Below are positions 53,839 through 62,626 of a DNA stretch of 64,000 nt, one piece after another. Below the pieces are notes generated by a model. The model saw nothing but the letters and a program-made list of their open reading frames with translations. It was not told the origin of the DNA and made no database searches. This DNA comes from Enterobacteria phage ATK47: the sequence record NC_055708.1; one strand, written 5' to 3'. The translations under genes and the position numbers were made by a program. Position 1 is the first letter of the stretch. Every line of letters starts with the position of its first letter.

Positions 53839-54302
53839 TGGATGCTATGTTATTTAAAATGTATTTGCTTGAAGCCAAGTCATTTAAACATATACCAGTA
53901 GAAGATAAGACTCCACTAGAAATAGCTATTCTCATTAACAAAAGTCTAAATAATCCGCAATATATCGTAGAAGAATTCTGTAAATTGCAGATTCCTAAAG
54001 GTTACAAAATTCGTGTAGAACGAGTTGGAGCTATTACTCATTCTAAAAATTCTCCGTTTAGTCTTGAAGAAGGCATAAAGGATTTAGGGTACGAATCTAC
54101 AGAAAATGCTGTTTATTTGAATCCTGAAAAGCGTTTAGACTTGTTTGAAAAGCGAGACCATACGTATTTTGCCAAAAAATACTTTATTACATCATTAGCA
54201 GATTTAATCCATTTGCAACGAGCTATTTGGAAATTTTTTAAGACAAAAGGTGTAGCACTAGAAACATTTTCTGAACCGGCTAGTTTTTATCTCGGTGAAT
54301 AA
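53838..54302 (+). CDS. Hypothetical protein, 154 aa
   Basis: ORF. Confidence 0.4.
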   Translation: MDAMLFKMYLLEAKSFKHIPVEDKTPLEIAILINKSLNNPQYIVEEFCKLQIPKGYKIRVERVGAITHSKNSPFSLEEGIKDLGYESTENAVYLNPEKRLDLFEKRDHTYFAKKYFITSLADLIHLQRAIWKFFKTKGVALETFSEPASFYLGE

Positions 54303-54303
54303 T

Positions 54304-54483
54304 ATGGACTTGATGAGTATGTTTGATGAGCCTGAAGTTGAGGCTCCTAAAGTTCATCGTAGTGAACTTGTTGATGAACTAGATAGTATTATACAACGAC
54401 ACGGCTTTAGTTTACCTGTCGAAGCCCTGAAAGACCTTGCCTCTTATTATGACGACCCACCACCATGGAGTCCTTGGAAATGA
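54304..54483 (+). CDS. Hypothetical small acidic protein
   Basis: ORF. Confidence 0.3.
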   Translation: MDLMSMFDEPEVEAPKVHRSELVDELDSIIQRHGFSLPVEALKDLASYYDDPPPWSPWK

Positions 54484-54656
54484 AAGAGAAATTTAAAGAG
54501 AAATTCTTACTAGAAATCAAGGAAAAAGACTTTGAGACATGGTATCGAATGGTGAAAGGGTTGACATTGCTTTTTAAAGCGTCCTTATTCATGTTAGGAC
54601 AACCTGGCCCAGATGGTCCTTTAGTAGGAAAGCTTAAAAATAGTTTACAAAAGTAG
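54480..54656 (+). CDS. Hypothetical small protein
   Basis: ORF. Confidence 0.3.
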   Translation: MKEKFKEKFLLEIKEKDFETWYRMVKGLTLLFKASLFMLGQPGPDGPLVGKLKNSLQK

Positions 54657-54684
54657 TTTACATTCCCTCCTCTCGTGTTATGAT
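54656..54684 (+). promoter_or_regulatory. Early promoter (tandem GTTTAC hexamers, TATGAT)
   Basis: Two GTTTAC copies 12 bp apart. Confidence 0.45.
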
Positions 54685-54711
54685 AGGCTTATCTTTAAAT
54701 GGAGGTCTATC

Positions 54712-55293
54712 ATGACATGTCAATCTGAACTTCAAGAACGCGAATACCTAACAAATCTGATTGATAGCAAATTCACCCGCCAAGAACAAAACATTCTCTG
54801 GGCTTGCACCGATTCTAAGGAAGACCCAGATTTCCACTATGAATTAGACCGTCTTGTTCGTAAGCATATGACTTCTACAGTACCAGTAGAACTCTACCGT
54901 GGTGTAACTCCAGAAGAAGTAGAACGTCTTTCCCTTCTTTCTGTTGGATGCCATTGGTCTCCTGGACGAGTAACATCGTTCACAACTGATTTCGGTACAG
55001 CTCGTCAATTCTCTGGGAGATGGGAATATCAGACGTACACTATTCTTAGTCTCAGGAATGCTCCATTCATTTTTGATTACTACCAAAACATGGTTAACAT
55101 TGTACTTGCCGGAAAGAATCCTAAGCATGTTATGGAAGAAACGCGTGTTGACGTCCTAGATATGATTGAATCTGAACAAGAATACATGGTCTCAGGTATC
55201 TCTAGATTTGAGATTGTGGAAATTGAAGACTTAGAATATGACCCTTTATCTCGACTATACAAAATCATTCATTTAAAAATGTTGAATTTTTAG
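54712..55293 (+). CDS. modB: ADP-ribosyltransferase, ModB-like
   Basis: YRG (Arg), S-x-T region and E-Q-E motif; paralog of next gene; position soc-side of dda. Confidence 0.65.
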   Translation: MTCQSELQEREYLTNLIDSKFTRQEQNILWACTDSKEDPDFHYELDRLVRKHMTSTVPVELYRGVTPEEVERLSLLSVGCHWSPGRVTSFTTDFGTARQFSGRWEYQTYTILSLRNAPFIFDYYQNMVNIVLAGKNPKHVMEETRVDVLDMIESEQEYMVSGISRFEIVEIEDLEYDPLSRLYKIIHLKMLNF

Positions 55294-55322
55294 TGTACAA
55301 ACTCTACCGACGATGATACTAT
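55294..55322 (+). promoter_or_regulatory. Early promoter (GTGTAC, TACTAT)
   Basis: 17-bp spacing. Confidence 0.5.
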
Positions 55323-55350
55323 ACCTTTATCAACCACAGGAGAAACCTAA

Positions 55351-55959
55351 ATGTTTATGCCGTATAATGAATGTGAAATTGAGGAAATGGTTCGCCGTGC
55401 CCAATGCCCTGAATATCAAGATGAATTGCAGTACGAAATTGATAGTCAATTCAACGATAATGAACAAAGCATCCTTTGGCAGTGTATGGAAAACAAGCCA
55501 GACTGTATTCAACAGGAGTTAAGTTCAATCGTTCGTAGAAATTGGACGTCTTCAGTTCCTGAGACAATGTATCGTGGAATCTCTAAGAAAACTATGGCCA
55601 CACTCGATGATAAAGGCATTGGTAGTATTATTAAATTTGACAGAGTAATGAGCTTTAGTCCGGTGTTTGGTGTAGCACGTAACTTCGCTTCATATAATTT
55701 TTATGGAACATTTAATATGTTCTGCATCAAAGATGCACCATTTGCTTTCAACTTCCGTGAACATATGCTTAACATGATTCTGGCTGCGCCATCTTGTGAG
55801 TTCAATGGAGCTTTCCCTGAAGCGACAAGACGGTCTAATGCTAGACTTATATCTGACGAATGTGAATTTATGCTCCCTATAGGGACTACACTGCGTGTAG
55901 ATTCTATTATTCAAGATGGACGTTATACAATCTGGAATCTGTCTATTGTCGGTTACTGA
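55351..55959 (+). CDS. modA: ADP-ribosyltransferase, ModA-like
   Basis: YRG, MSFSP, E-C-E motifs; paralog of upstream gene. Confidence 0.65.
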   Translation: MFMPYNECEIEEMVRRAQCPEYQDELQYEIDSQFNDNEQSILWQCMENKPDCIQQELSSIVRRNWTSSVPETMYRGISKKTMATLDDKGIGSIIKFDRVMSFSPVFGVARNFASYNFYGTFNMFCIKDAPFAFNFREHMLNMILAAPSCEFNGAFPEATRRSNARLISDECEFMLPIGTTLRVDSIIQDGRYTIWNLSIVGY

Positions 55960-56033
55960 CTGGATTGGAATAACCAGATGGAACTCAGAACCATTATAAC
56001 ACATAAAAAATTAAAGCATTTTATGAAAAAAGA

Positions 56034-56062
56034 GTGTACACTACCTGAGGGCATGATATTAT
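56034..56062 (+). promoter_or_regulatory. Early promoter (GTGTAC, TATTAT)
   Basis: 17-bp spacing. Confidence 0.5.
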
Positions 56063-56112
56063 AAGCTTATCAGCTAAATGACCTTAACGTCCGTAAGACA
56101 GAGGAAAATATT

Positions 56113-56859
56113 ATGTTATCAAATAATAAAATTAACAAAATCAATCGTCGTCTTGACCACACTAGAGCTTCTGCGAAGAGACGCTCTAAGGATTTTAACT
56201 TAGACTTTAATTACCTTAAAAACGTTCTTGATCAAAAGGTCTGCGCTTACTCAGGTGAATCTTTCAATAACTCTGTTGAAGGTGAGAAATTATCCTTAGA
56301 ACGTTTTAATAACGATATAGGCTACATTAAAGGTAATGTTATCCCAGTTAAGAAAAAATATAACACGGCTCGTTCTGATTTAACATTAGAAGAACTTATT
56401 GAGAAACGTGATGCCATTGCAAGACGTATCGCTAATCCTTCTGTCCGTAAAGTAGAGAAACTTAATCTCGACGAGAAGAAATGGGCCCAAATCAAAAAGG
56501 TTTATGATACTATTTTAAAAATCCGAGCAAAACGTGAAAATCGTGTTAAGCATATGGCGAACATGATGAAAAATCAACCTTTATCTAACGAATCTAAACT
56601 TAGAATTGTTGCTTTGAAAGCACGCATTAATGGCTCACACCAAGCAGAAGGCCATGAACTTACTAAACTCAACGTTCTTCTTAAAGGCTCTGACTGGAAA
56701 ACTAAAACTAAATTAACTGATGCTGAATCGCTTTTCGATACATATGATAAAGTTATCCAAGGTCTGCGACGTTTTGAAAAGATTGGTTTCATTGGTAAAT
56801 TAAAATTGAAACGTGGCCTACCACTTAGCGCATCATTATTCCAACTGATTAAAGGTTAA
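56113..56859 (+). CDS. Hypothetical basic protein (sits where T4 srd would be)
   Basis: 248 aa ORF between modA-like and dda.1-like. Confidence 0.4.
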   Translation: MLSNNKINKINRRLDHTRASAKRRSKDFNLDFNYLKNVLDQKVCAYSGESFNNSVEGEKLSLERFNNDIGYIKGNVIPVKKKYNTARSDLTLEELIEKRDAIARRIANPSVRKVEKLNLDEKKWAQIKKVYDTILKIRAKRENRVKHMANMMKNQPLSNESKLRIVALKARINGSHQAEGHELTKLNVLLKGSDWKTKTKLTDAESLFDTYDKVIQGLRRFEKIGFIGKLKLKRGLPLSASLFQLIKG

Positions 56860-56861
56860 TT

Positions 56862-57173
56862 ATGGTTTATGTATATGCAATAGTTTATCGAGATATGGAA
56901 GGATTTACTGTCCCGGTTCCACTTGATGAGCATCGTCCTGCAGTATTTTTTAGAAAGGATATTGCAGATAAAGTTTTCGATACTTTGAAAACACAGTATA
57001 AAACAGATTTAAAAATGGGAGTTCTAAGAATGGTCGAAACTCCGCGTAAGTTCTGGTTTAATAAGCTTGAAATGAAACACGTTAAACTAGATGCGGAGAC
57101 GCAAAGATTGTATCAACGAATTCTGGACACAGGCCGTATTGTTAGTATTCCAATTGCAGGGACTTTACGATGA
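56862..57173 (+). CDS. Hypothetical protein (Dda.1 position)
   Basis: ORF overlapping dda start. Confidence 0.4.
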   Translation: MVYVYAIVYRDMEGFTVPVPLDEHRPAVFFRKDIADKVFDTLKTQYKTDLKMGVLRMVETPRKFWFNKLEMKHVKLDAETQRLYQRILDTGRIVSIPIAGTLR

Positions 57174-58483
57174 CATTTGATGATTTGACTGAAGGCCAGA
57201 AAAACGCCTTCAACGTTGTTATGAAAGCTATTAAAGAAAAGAAACATCACGTAACTATTAATGGGCCTGCTGGTACAGGTAAAACAACCCTTACTAGATT
57301 CATCGTTGAAGCCCTTATTTCTTCTGGAGAATCAGGTATTATTTTAGCAGCCCCTACACATGCTGCTAAAAAGGTTCTAAGCAAACTTGCAGGTCAAGAA
57401 GCATCGACTATTCATAGCATTCTTAAAATCAACCCAACTACATACGAAGAAAACGTATTGTTTGAACAGAAAAAGGTTCCCGACTTAGCCTTGTGTCGTG
57501 TACTGTTATTTGATGAAGCATCAATGTGCGACCGTTCTCTGTTTAAAATAATGTTAGCTAGTATCCCTAAATGGTGTACAGTAATTGGAATTGGTGACCG
57601 ATGTCAGATTCGACCTGTAGACCCAGGCGAATCCACTGCGTATCTAAGTCCTTTCTTCACTCATAAAGACTTCGTGCAATGCAACCTTACAGAAGTTAAA
57701 CGTAGCAATGCACCAATTATTGATGTTGCGACTGATATTCGTAATGGCAAATGGATTTATGATAAAGTAGTTGATGGGCACGGTGTTCATGGATATACAG
57801 ACCTTAAATCATATATGATGAACTATTTTAATGTCGTTAAAACTCCTGAAGACCTTTTCGAAAATCGAATGATGGCATTCACAAATAAGTCGGTGGACAA
57901 GTTAAATTCAATTATTCGCCGAAAACTTCTCGAAACAGAAAAGCCATTTATTAAAGACGAGGTCATTGTTCTACAAGAGCCGTTTACCAAGACGTATAAG
58001 CTAGATGGCAAAAATATGTCTGAAATGCTTTTCAATAACGGGCAATTCGTTCGTATTCGAGATGCCGTAGAAACGTCTACATTTGTTAAAGCACGTGGTG
58101 TTTCAGGCGAATATATGATACGATACTGGAATCTTACAGTAGAAACATATGGCGATGATGAAGAATACGTCCGCGAAGATATAAAGGTTATTTCTTCTGA
58201 AGAAGAGCTTTATAAATTCAATTTGTTTTTGGCTAAGACTGCAGAAACATACAAATTCTGGAATAAAGGTGGTAAAGCTCCATGGAGCGAATTCTGGGAT
58301 GCTAAACGCATGTTCACTAAGGTGAAGGCACTACCAGTATCAACCTTCCATAAGGCCCAGGGCATGTCTGTTGACACAGCCTTTGTTTATACACCGTGTA
58401 TCCATTATGCCGATTCAGAATTAGCTAAACAGTTATTGTATGTCGGCACGACTCGTGGTCGGTTTGACGTCCATTTTATTTGA
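57170..58483 (+). CDS. dda: Dda DNA helicase (SF1)
   Basis: Near-identical N-terminus to T4 Dda as recalled; Walker A GPAGTGKTT. Confidence 0.97.
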   Translation: MTFDDLTEGQKNAFNVVMKAIKEKKHHVTINGPAGTGKTTLTRFIVEALISSGESGIILAAPTHAAKKVLSKLAGQEASTIHSILKINPTTYEENVLFEQKKVPDLALCRVLLFDEASMCDRSLFKIMLASIPKWCTVIGIGDRCQIRPVDPGESTAYLSPFFTHKDFVQCNLTEVKRSNAPIIDVATDIRNGKWIYDKVVDGHGVHGYTDLKSYMMNYFNVVKTPEDLFENRMMAFTNKSVDKLNSIIRRKLLETEKPFIKDEVIVLQEPFTKTYKLDGKNMSEMLFNNGQFVRIRDAVETSTFVKARGVSGEYMIRYWNLTVETYGDDEEYVREDIKVISSEEELYKFNLFLAKTAETYKFWNKGGKAPWSEFWDAKRMFTKVKALPVSTFHKAQGMSVDTAFVYTPCIHYADSELAKQLLYVGTTRGRFDVHFI

Positions 58484-58492
58484 GAGAAAATT

Positions 58493-59170
58493 ATGAGCAC
58501 TGATGTTATTATAGATTTTGAAACATTCGGCAATACGTCAAAAGCTGCTGTTATTGACCTTGCGGTTATTGCATATAATTCGGACCCTGATGTTGTTGAA
58601 ACATTTGAAGAACTTGTTCAACGAGGTAAGCGAATTAAATTTAATTTAGCTTCTCAAAAAGGGAAGCGAGTTTTCGCTAAATCCACTATGAAATGGTGGA
58701 AAGAACAATCAGCAGAAGCACGTAAAAACCTGGCCCCGTCTGAAGACGATGTCACTACGCTTGAAGGCATTAAAATCTTTTTAGATTATTGTCGAGCTAA
58801 TAAAGTTGACCAATGGAAATCACAGATGTGGTGCCGTGGTATGAGCTTTGACTTCCCTATCTTGGTCGATTTGATTCGTGACCTCTATCGTGATGAAGGT
58901 GTTCTTGAACCAGATATTGATACCGATAAATTAGAACCTGTTAAATTCTGGGCTCAACGTGATATTCGTACGGCAATCGAAGCTTACTCGTTGACACGAG
59001 GATTAAGTATGTGTCCATTACCGATGGGTACGCTAAAAGGATTCGTTGCCCATGATAGTATTCACGATTGTGCTAAAGATATTTTGATGTTAAAATATGC
59101 TCAGCGTTATGCGCTTGGCCTTGAAGATGTCCCTGAGAATCCTGACCCGTTAAGTGTAAAACAGCGATAA
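58493..59170 (+). CDS. dexA: Exonuclease A (DnaQ-like 3'-5' exonuclease)
   Basis: IIDFETFGN exo I motif; position next to dda. Confidence 0.85.
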   Translation: MSTDVIIDFETFGNTSKAAVIDLAVIAYNSDPDVVETFEELVQRGKRIKFNLASQKGKRVFAKSTMKWWKEQSAEARKNLAPSEDDVTTLEGIKIFLDYCRANKVDQWKSQMWCRGMSFDFPILVDLIRDLYRDEGVLEPDIDTDKLEPVKFWAQRDIRTAIEAYSLTRGLSMCPLPMGTLKGFVAHDSIHDCAKDILMLKYAQRYALGLEDVPENPDPLSVKQR

Positions 59171-59175
59171 AACCA

Positions 59176-59205
59176 GTTTACAACCAAGGATGGTTGGAGT
59201 ATAAT
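59176..59205 (+). promoter_or_regulatory. Conserved early promoter copy (GTTTACaaccaaggatggttggagTATAAT)
   Basis: Identical to the 16157 copy. Confidence 0.6.
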
Positions 59206-59235
59206 CTTTCTATCTTAACCAAACAGGAAAACATT

Positions 59236-59730
59236 ATGAATATCAATACCACGGCTACTTACATCCTGAAAGATGAAAAACAAATCAACTGGTACGGTGC
59301 TTCAGTGCGAGCTTATGAAAAGTTTTGTGAAATTTTAGGTGCCACTCAAGGTAATAGTTTCACTATTGTTAACTTCATCAAACAAGTTGAAGGCCCTTGG
59401 TTATTCTTAGAAATTAAAAATTCATATGGTACAATTTCTACTACCGCCCTTCCAAGCACCGACTTTGAACTGTTGATTGAAGAAGTAGAACCTGTTAAAG
59501 ACATCTGTATTGATATGGATATCGCTTGTATGTATGGTACTCTGATTAAGCCTATTGAGCCTACTGATTTGTTGTGTAAATATGTTTCAATTCGACGACC
59601 ATTCGCTGGTCCAGTAAATGGATGGGTAACTGATCAGTGGATTGAAGACGGTGTTGAACTTCTGAACGTTGTTCATGCAGGTGATTTTAGTGTAGTTCCA
59701 CGTAGTGCTGTGGTTAATATCCTTAATTAA
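59236..59730 (+). CDS. Paralog family member 1
   Basis: Shares C-terminal W(V/I)EDG..L.N.V..G.F.VV with the next two genes. Confidence 0.45.
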   Translation: MNINTTATYILKDEKQINWYGASVRAYEKFCEILGATQGNSFTIVNFIKQVEGPWLFLEIKNSYGTISTTALPSTDFELLIEEVEPVKDICIDMDIACMYGTLIKPIEPTDLLCKYVSIRRPFAGPVNGWVTDQWIEDGVELLNVVHAGDFSVVPRSAVVNILN

Positions 59731-59732
59731 TG

Positions 59733-59762
59733 TTGTACATCCAAGGACGGATGGAGTATAAT
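59733..59762 (+). promoter_or_regulatory. Conserved early promoter copy (TTGTACatccaaggacggatggagTATAAT)
   Basis: Variant of the 30-bp unit. Confidence 0.55.
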
Positions 59763-59792
59763 GAATTCAACTTAAACAAAGAGAGAGAAATT

Positions 59793-60248
59793 ATGATTAC
59801 TATTGGTGAAATTAAGCGTGTATCGTCTGCATCTCGTTCTAAAGCTGCAGGTCGTCTAGTTGAAGTGGTAGGACTTCGTACTAATGGTACTGGTCGTGTT
59901 AAAGAAGTTAAAGTTCGAATCATTCCTAGTTCTGGAAAAACTGAAACTCAGTACGCTTACGTAAGTCCTAAATTCTTGGAAACTCATGTGAGCGCTCATT
60001 TTGCTTCTACTGAACCCAATGTACAGTTCAAATGGGCCCTTTGCAAAGGTGTTGAATTCCAGACTGATAAAGAATTTGACTTCATCGATGAATACGGTTA
60101 TCCAAACAAAACTGATATTATGTGTGGCTTCATTAGTGACCAATGGGTTGAAGATGGTGAAAAGTTATACAATATCGTATTCTTAGGTGACTTCCGAGTT
60201 GTTAAAGAATCTGAAATCACTCGCTATGTATCTCCTCGTAAAGCTTAA
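59793..60248 (+). CDS. Paralog family member 2
   Basis: SASRSKAAGRLVEV...FISDQWVEDGEKLYNIVFLGDF. Confidence 0.45.
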   Translation: MITIGEIKRVSSASRSKAAGRLVEVVGLRTNGTGRVKEVKVRIIPSSGKTETQYAYVSPKFLETHVSAHFASTEPNVQFKWALCKGVEFQTDKEFDFIDEYGYPNKTDIMCGFISDQWVEDGEKLYNIVFLGDFRVVKESEITRYVSPRKA

Positions 60249-60257
60249 GGAATTATT

Positions 60258-60677
60258 ATGAATATTGTAAATCTCTCTATTGGTGATTACGTACACGTAT
60301 CGGATGCTTCTCGCTCTAAAGTTGCTGGTAAGTTGGTTGAAGTTCTTTATGTAAGTGATCCTGCTTTTGGTCGCAATGAAGTTAAAGTTCGTGATGCTGA
60401 TGGCAACATTGGTTACGTTAAAAGCCAATTCATTGAACCAGAAGAAAAAGCGTTCAAATGGAAACTATGCAGGTCTGTTTTAGTTGTAAAAGACCATGAA
60501 TTTACTATTGATGCTGCAACTGATGGAACGCCATGGAAAACTAAGCAAATAGCCGGATTTATTAGCGACCGTTGGGTAGAAGATGGTGTTAAGCTTTATA
60601 ACATCGTTTTCGCTGGACAGTTCATGGTAGTTCCTGAGTTCCAAATCAAAAAATATTGTCCAGCATCTTTTGCATAA
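60258..60677 (+). CDS. Paralog family member 3
   Basis: ASRSKVAGKLVEV...FISDRWVEDGVKLYNIVFAGQF. Confidence 0.45.
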   Translation: MNIVNLSIGDYVHVSDASRSKVAGKLVEVLYVSDPAFGRNEVKVRDADGNIGYVKSQFIEPEEKAFKWKLCRSVLVVKDHEFTIDAATDGTPWKTKQIAGFISDRWVEDGVKLYNIVFAGQFMVVPEFQIKKYCPASFA

Positions 60678-60681
60678 AGTT

Positions 60682-60730
60682 GTTTACTTCTCCTCTGTTT
60701 TTGATATTATAACCATATCAACCAGAGGAG
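60682..60730 (+). promoter_or_regulatory. Early promoter-stem-loop (GTTTAC, TATTAT; inverted repeat ctcctctg/cagaggag)
   Basis: 3' arm carries the SD. Confidence 0.55.
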
Positions 60731-60736
60731 AATAAT

Positions 60737-61261
60737 ATGTTAGTTTACCGCGTAGAACGTAGTTTTTGCACTCAACGTGAATCTTTACCAGGAGTTGCTA
60801 TCGAAGATGGTAAAGCCGTCAGAATTTGGGAAACCTCTTGGAATAAAGAACCTCGTTCGCCATACGGTTGGTCGGGCACCGACAACTCTGAAGAAACATG
60901 GGAGTTCCTTGATAAGCATGGAATACTCTCAGGTAACTTCTACCATCACGGCGACAACTATAATGTCCCTAATCGTCCTACAGTAAATGAAGACAAACTC
61001 CTTGAACAAAATATCTTAAGATACTATAGAATTGAGCACACATTTGAATTGAACGAAGATTGGGCTCAAGGGTTCTATTTTGGATTTGAAAGTGTTGACG
61101 CGGTTTATGCATGGTTTGATGACCAGGTAGATGTTGAACTCTTGAAAGCTAAAGGATACTACATCGCGGTCTATGAAGCACCTGATTTCATCCTCGGAAG
61201 TTGTCAATTAATGTTCAGACGTTCATTGGCAGAACAAGTTGATTTTATTTTGCTAAAATGA
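60737..61261 (+). CDS. Hypothetical protein, 174 aa
   Basis: ORF. Confidence 0.4.
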   Translation: MLVYRVERSFCTQRESLPGVAIEDGKAVRIWETSWNKEPRSPYGWSGTDNSEETWEFLDKHGILSGNFYHHGDNYNVPNRPTVNEDKLLEQNILRYYRIEHTFELNEDWAQGFYFGFESVDAVYAWFDDQVDVELLKAKGYYIAVYEAPDFILGSCQLMFRRSLAEQVDFILLK

Positions 61262-61290
61262 TGTACAACAACTATGGGCTATGATACTAT
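61261..61290 (+). promoter_or_regulatory. Early promoter (aTGTAC, TACTAT) with TATAGACCTATC box
   Basis: 18-bp spacing. Confidence 0.5.
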
Positions 61291-61318
61291 AGACCTATCA
61301 AAACAAGAGGAGAATATT

Positions 61319-61546
61319 ATGAAACGTCAAATCATTAAAAACGTAACTACTGATTCAAACATCGACGAGTTTGAAGATGTTCTGTTTAATCCTGATTTAG
61401 TTGTTGTACAGAAAAACTGGACCGGATTTTTATGCTACACCGAAGTGGTTTACGTTTACGAAAAACTCGGTGATGAAATGCCTATCTACGGTATCTTCCG
61501 TGAAATCACTGAAAACGGTACAACTTATTGGAAGGAAACTTACTAA
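61319..61546 (+). CDS. Hypothetical small protein
   Basis: ATG after SD GAGGAG. Confidence 0.35.
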   Translation: MKRQIIKNVTTDSNIDEFEDVLFNPDLVVVQKNWTGFLCYTEVVYVYEKLGDEMPIYGIFREITENGTTYWKETY

Positions 61547-61956
61547 TGGCTAATAAATTCCGCGTTAACTCATGGTACCAATTTAAAGATAAACGTGCCC
61601 AAGAAGAGTTTATTAAAGACCATACTGATAATGGGATTTATGCACGACGTCTTGGCATGGAACCATTTAAAGTATTAGATGTTGACCATCTTGGACGTCC
61701 TACTAAAATTGTGACATCTACTGGCATGGTTGGATACGCGACAGGTGGTGATATCCTTGATGAAAACTTTATCTGGCTCTCCACGAATGAAGCAGAGTTC
61801 TTTGACGAAGTTGGAAATCCGTATCAAGAGTCTGAAGAGCAAGATTCTAGTGAACTTGACGAATTGTCTGAATTTCCGGTGATGACGATTACTATCAAAA
61901 ATAACGACCAGGCGTGGTCTTTGTATCAAATGTTGAAAGCACATTTTAAGGAATAA
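61546..61956 (+). CDS. Hypothetical acidic protein
   Basis: ORF. Confidence 0.4.
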   Translation: MANKFRVNSWYQFKDKRAQEEFIKDHTDNGIYARRLGMEPFKVLDVDHLGRPTKIVTSTGMVGYATGGDILDENFIWLSTNEAEFFDEVGNPYQESEEQDSSELDELSEFPVMTITIKNNDQAWSLYQMLKAHFKE

Positions 61957-61958
61957 TA

Positions 61959-62138
61959 ATGCCGTTATACGACTATAAATGTCAATCTGAAGATTGTGGT
62001 CATGAATATGAAAAAATTAAAAGGATTTCTGAACGAGAAAACGATGTTTGCCCTGAATGTCATCGTCTGTCTACTCGTCGGGTTTCTGCTCCTAAACATG
62101 TGAATGGTGGTTTTTACGACTTACTTAAGAAGGGATAA
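61959..62138 (+). CDS. Zinc-ribbon small protein
   Basis: CQSEDCGH...CPECH; 59 aa, not in ORF track. Confidence 0.4.
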   Translation: MPLYDYKCQSEDCGHEYEKIKRISERENDVCPECHRLSTRRVSAPKHVNGGFYDLLKKG

Positions 62139-62140
62139 TT

Positions 62141-62563
62141 ATGGCTTTTAAAGGTTTTGAAGTTGGTAAGAAATATCGTATTATCAAAGGTCAAGAAGAT
62201 AATTTCTTGAGAATTCTTAATACAACTGGTAAACGTCTTAACACTACTCTGCATACAGTTTTATTATCAAGAGATTTTATTGTAGAAGAGATGATTGGCT
62301 ACGGTGTTTCAATGATTGCCGCTGAAACCGATGGACCTGGACGTACAATCATTAGTATGCAAGGTGATATTCTGCTTTATGGTGCAGAATTTAAATTCTT
62401 TGAAGAAGTTCAGGAACCAGATACAGCTGTCGATTTCAAAAAAGGCTCTATAGAATTTGTTGATGGTTCGGTGATCGTATCAGGCGATGTGGTCATTACA
62501 GTTAAAAGTGAACAAGGGCGTTTGGCTGCAATTGATGCACTTCAGAAAATTAAATTTAAATAA
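62141..62563 (+). CDS. Hypothetical protein, 140 aa
   Basis: ORF followed by terminator. Confidence 0.45.
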   Translation: MAFKGFEVGKKYRIIKGQEDNFLRILNTTGKRLNTTLHTVLLSRDFIVEEMIGYGVSMIAAETDGPGRTIISMQGDILLYGAEFKFFEEVQEPDTAVDFKKGSIEFVDGSVIVSGDVVITVKSEQGRLAAIDALQKIKFK

Positions 62564-62581
62564 GGGCTTCGGCCCTTTTTG
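62564..62581 (+). terminator. Rho-independent terminator (UUCG tetraloop)
   Basis: gggc-ttcg-gccc + TTTTT. Confidence 0.75.
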
Positions 62582-62626
62582 CTTTAGATTTCGGATGATA
62601 GAATACCTTCATAACGAGGAGACAAC

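Noticed and set aside
56113-56859. HNH-type homing endonuclease call for the 248-aa ORF
   Set aside because: A segment (SLERFNNDIGYIKGNVIPV) loosely resembles motifs in phage stand-alone endonucleases, but canonical His/Cys ligands are missing and the gene sits where T4 srd would be; evidence is insufficient.
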